Below, piece after piece: positions 61,601 through 64,000 of a stretch of 64,000 bases of DNA. Position 1 is the first letter of the stretch. Every line of letters starts with the position of its first letter. Source of the stretch: Azolla caroliniana (lineage: Eukaryota; Plantae; Polypodiophyta); the NCBI GenBank assembly GCA_043228905.1, contig JBHGNT010000001.1, forward strand, positions 35,464,001-35,528,000, given 5' to 3'. Below the pieces are notes generated by a model. It did no database searches and was not told the DNA's origin. It worked only from the letters and a program-made list of their open reading frames with translations. The position numbers and the translations under genes were made by a program.

Positions 61601-62315
61601 ACATGTGCTGATGACAACTTATCCACGTGAAACCTAACAATAGAAAATCAAAATTTATTAGAATGTGTGAAAGAAAGAGGTACATCCCAAGCATCTTAAG
61701 GAGAAAGGAATAGATAGAAAAACAGAATAATATGCGTCACAATAAGCATTTATTTAACAGAGTTGTTATACCAAAGTCCATAGGACGTAAAGATACCACA
61801 AATAAGGATGATCACCATAAGAATAGAGACAAACAAAGAAAAAAAATGATTTTTGTTCCTAAAAACGTTTAGTTTGAATACATTTTAGGTCAAGGGCAAG
61901 ACTTGAGATGCATAAACATCTGATTCTAACGATAACAAGTGTAGAAGGCATAAAGATTCCACAACTAGGGATTAATGACTTGGACTTAATTGACTTTCTG
62001 GCCAATACGTTTTAGAAGGCATGGAATATACTACGATTGGCAAAAAAGTCCATTCAAGAAGCAAAAAGATACCAGATATCAAAATACGTATTGAAAATGA
62101 ATTCTTTCCGATACAATCGTACGTAGCACGAAGATGCCACAATTAGGGTGAATATCAAGACATGAGGTAAAAAAAAACAAGAGGACAGATAGAGAATCTT
62201 ACCAGATGTCTTCAGGGAGGCCATACTTGATAAGATCTTCGTTTTCGTGCTTGTCAAGACCCATGTAGATTATGAAGTCTCCTGCTTCAGGTCTGGCCTT
62301 GAAGTCGAACACCAT
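58645..62315 (-). CDS. CCDC25: Coiled-coil domain-containing protein 25 (NFACT-R/DUF814 domain); 6 exons approx 62315-62203, 61633-61506, 61393-61289, 60153-60066, 58950-58888, 58797-58645
   Basis: [53 protein letters not shown]...[15 protein letters not shown]...[23 protein letters not shown], with C-terminal LQELEEDFM*. Confidence 0.94.
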
Positions 62316-62766
62316 CGCTGCAGCAGAGGAAGAGGAAGTAGAGACCACAATTTCTTTTCTCTTTCTTCTATTCTTTCTTCTCTTCTTCCCTTCCCTTCTC
62401 TTCTCTTCAATATTTACAAATTTATCAAAATGCCCATATCTACGTCCTATAAAATCATTTGTTTATCTTGTAGTTGCTAGTGGGAAACCACCACGCCGGG
62501 TAGAAATCTACCAAGTATCGACTAGACACATAAGTTCTTAGAAACACGCAACGCAAAGAATGTATGTTTTTAAGTGATGCAGTTACAACCCCTAAGTTGT
62601 AGACAATCGAATAGAGATTATCCAATGGATTGTTTGAAGACGCTAAATTCCTTTAGTTGATCTTAGCCAAAGATCTTACAATTATGGACTTGACTACCAA
62701 ACCATCTCCTCACCCTATTCAAGAAACCCAACAGGTTGCTCCATGAACAACTTCTCCTCGTGGTCA

Positions 62767-63016
62767 CCGTAAAGAAACACAACTTTCACATCCATTTGCT
62801 CAAAACTCTATGTCCTCATTGGCCATGATTGCAAGCACGCCTAGAATGACTTCATTTTCACAGTTGGGATAATATTTTGTAAAATTTGATCCGTAAAGAA
62901 ACACAACTTTCACATCCATTTGCTCAAAACTCTATGTCCTCATTGGCCATGATTGCAAGCACGCCTAGAATGACTTCATTTTCACAGTTGGGATAATATT
63001 TTGTAAAATTTGATCC
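62767..63016. repeat. Perfect 124-bp head-to-tail tandem duplication
   Basis: CCGTAAAGAAACACAAC...GTAAAATTTGAT at 62767-62890 is repeated at 62891-63014, with CC microhomology at the junctions. Confidence 0.95.
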
Positions 63017-64000
63017 TGTACCTTTGCTTGAATTTTTTTGGCGACGAGTGAGCTTTATACATCAAGGCTAGGATGTTTGGAGAAAAAAAATGGCTATAAA
63101 TCAACGGTAATTTACAAATAAGTTATTGTATGTAGATAACGAGAATAATAATTCATGGAAAAGGGGGAACAATAATGTAAATAATAACATCTCCTAGCAT
63201 TTTAAATCTTGCAATTTGAGCATATTGCAAAAGTACTCATTCTTGTAGGCTAATGATGGATCCCTTAAGCAAACAACATTGATGTTAAGGTAGCCAACAA
63301 TGGCATTTTTTGACCCACCTAAACTATACAAAGAGGAGATTGGTGTCATTTCTAGGGGCCAATGACTTTACTTGAACCTAAAGGTAGGCAAGGAGCTCCT
63401 TGATTGATCTAATGTAAACATATGGTTTCGAAGGCGTACATGCCCCCGTCGTCCATTCTTAATCACACATAGGCTACCTCTCAATCTTCTTCTTCCTACT
63501 CGTACATAGTTGGGAATCGCTAGTGTTCATGTTATCCCCTCTATATCCATGTGTAATTGATTTCTAGCTTTCTAAGAAAGATTAAGGTTTCTTGTTGTGT
63601 GTGTGTGTGTGTGTGCTCTAAACCTTTTGTACCCACTGAGTTTATAACCTTGAAATAAATCTTAACTCGATGTTTTTGTAATTCCTAGAACTCTTAGAGG
63701 AAGTTTGTGCGTGTGCATTCTTTCTAAGGTATCAAATTATTTATTGGGTTTAATTTTTGGGATACAAATGTTTTAACTACAAAGCCATTTTGTAGTGCTT
63801 CTTCCTTTATAATATATTGCCTCGTTTTCACCATCTTGTCAAATAACATAAAAAGCCATGCATTCTTGTCATTTTTCCTTGATGGACCCACAACTTCGTG
63901 ACAATTGTTTGCATGTTTGTCCAAGTCTAGATTCAAGGGTTACAAGAGACAAGCTTACATTGGTTTGGTTAATACCTAATCCATAATTTTCGATGTAGGT

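Overview
Eukaryotic land-plant nuclear DNA: AT-rich, GT-AG introns, many GA/CT microsatellites. The PPR fragment style suggests a fern or other non-seed plant, but that is a weak inference. Eight apparently intact housekeeping genes are present: an hnRNP H/F-like qRRM protein, proteasome beta-2 (PBD), an hnRNP A/Musashi-like RRM protein, a GH1 beta-glucosidase, glyoxylate/succinic semialdehyde reductase (GLYR), a homeobox-DDT RLT protein, a CHCHD2/10-like protein and CCDC25. The window also holds an AP-2 mu subunit gene with intact introns that looks pseudogenised, a 5'-truncated PPR E-class retrocopy flanked by a 17-bp target-site duplication, decayed Ty3/Gypsy and MULE remnants, and several tandem repeats. 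The best second-look items are the PPR retrocopy plus other decayed PPR-like sequence in introns and intergenic DNA, the AP2M pseudogene with a methylation-type mutation pattern, and an array of alternating palindromes. I see no firm evidence for a wholly new biological system. Exon coordinates were read by eye and may be off by a few bases.
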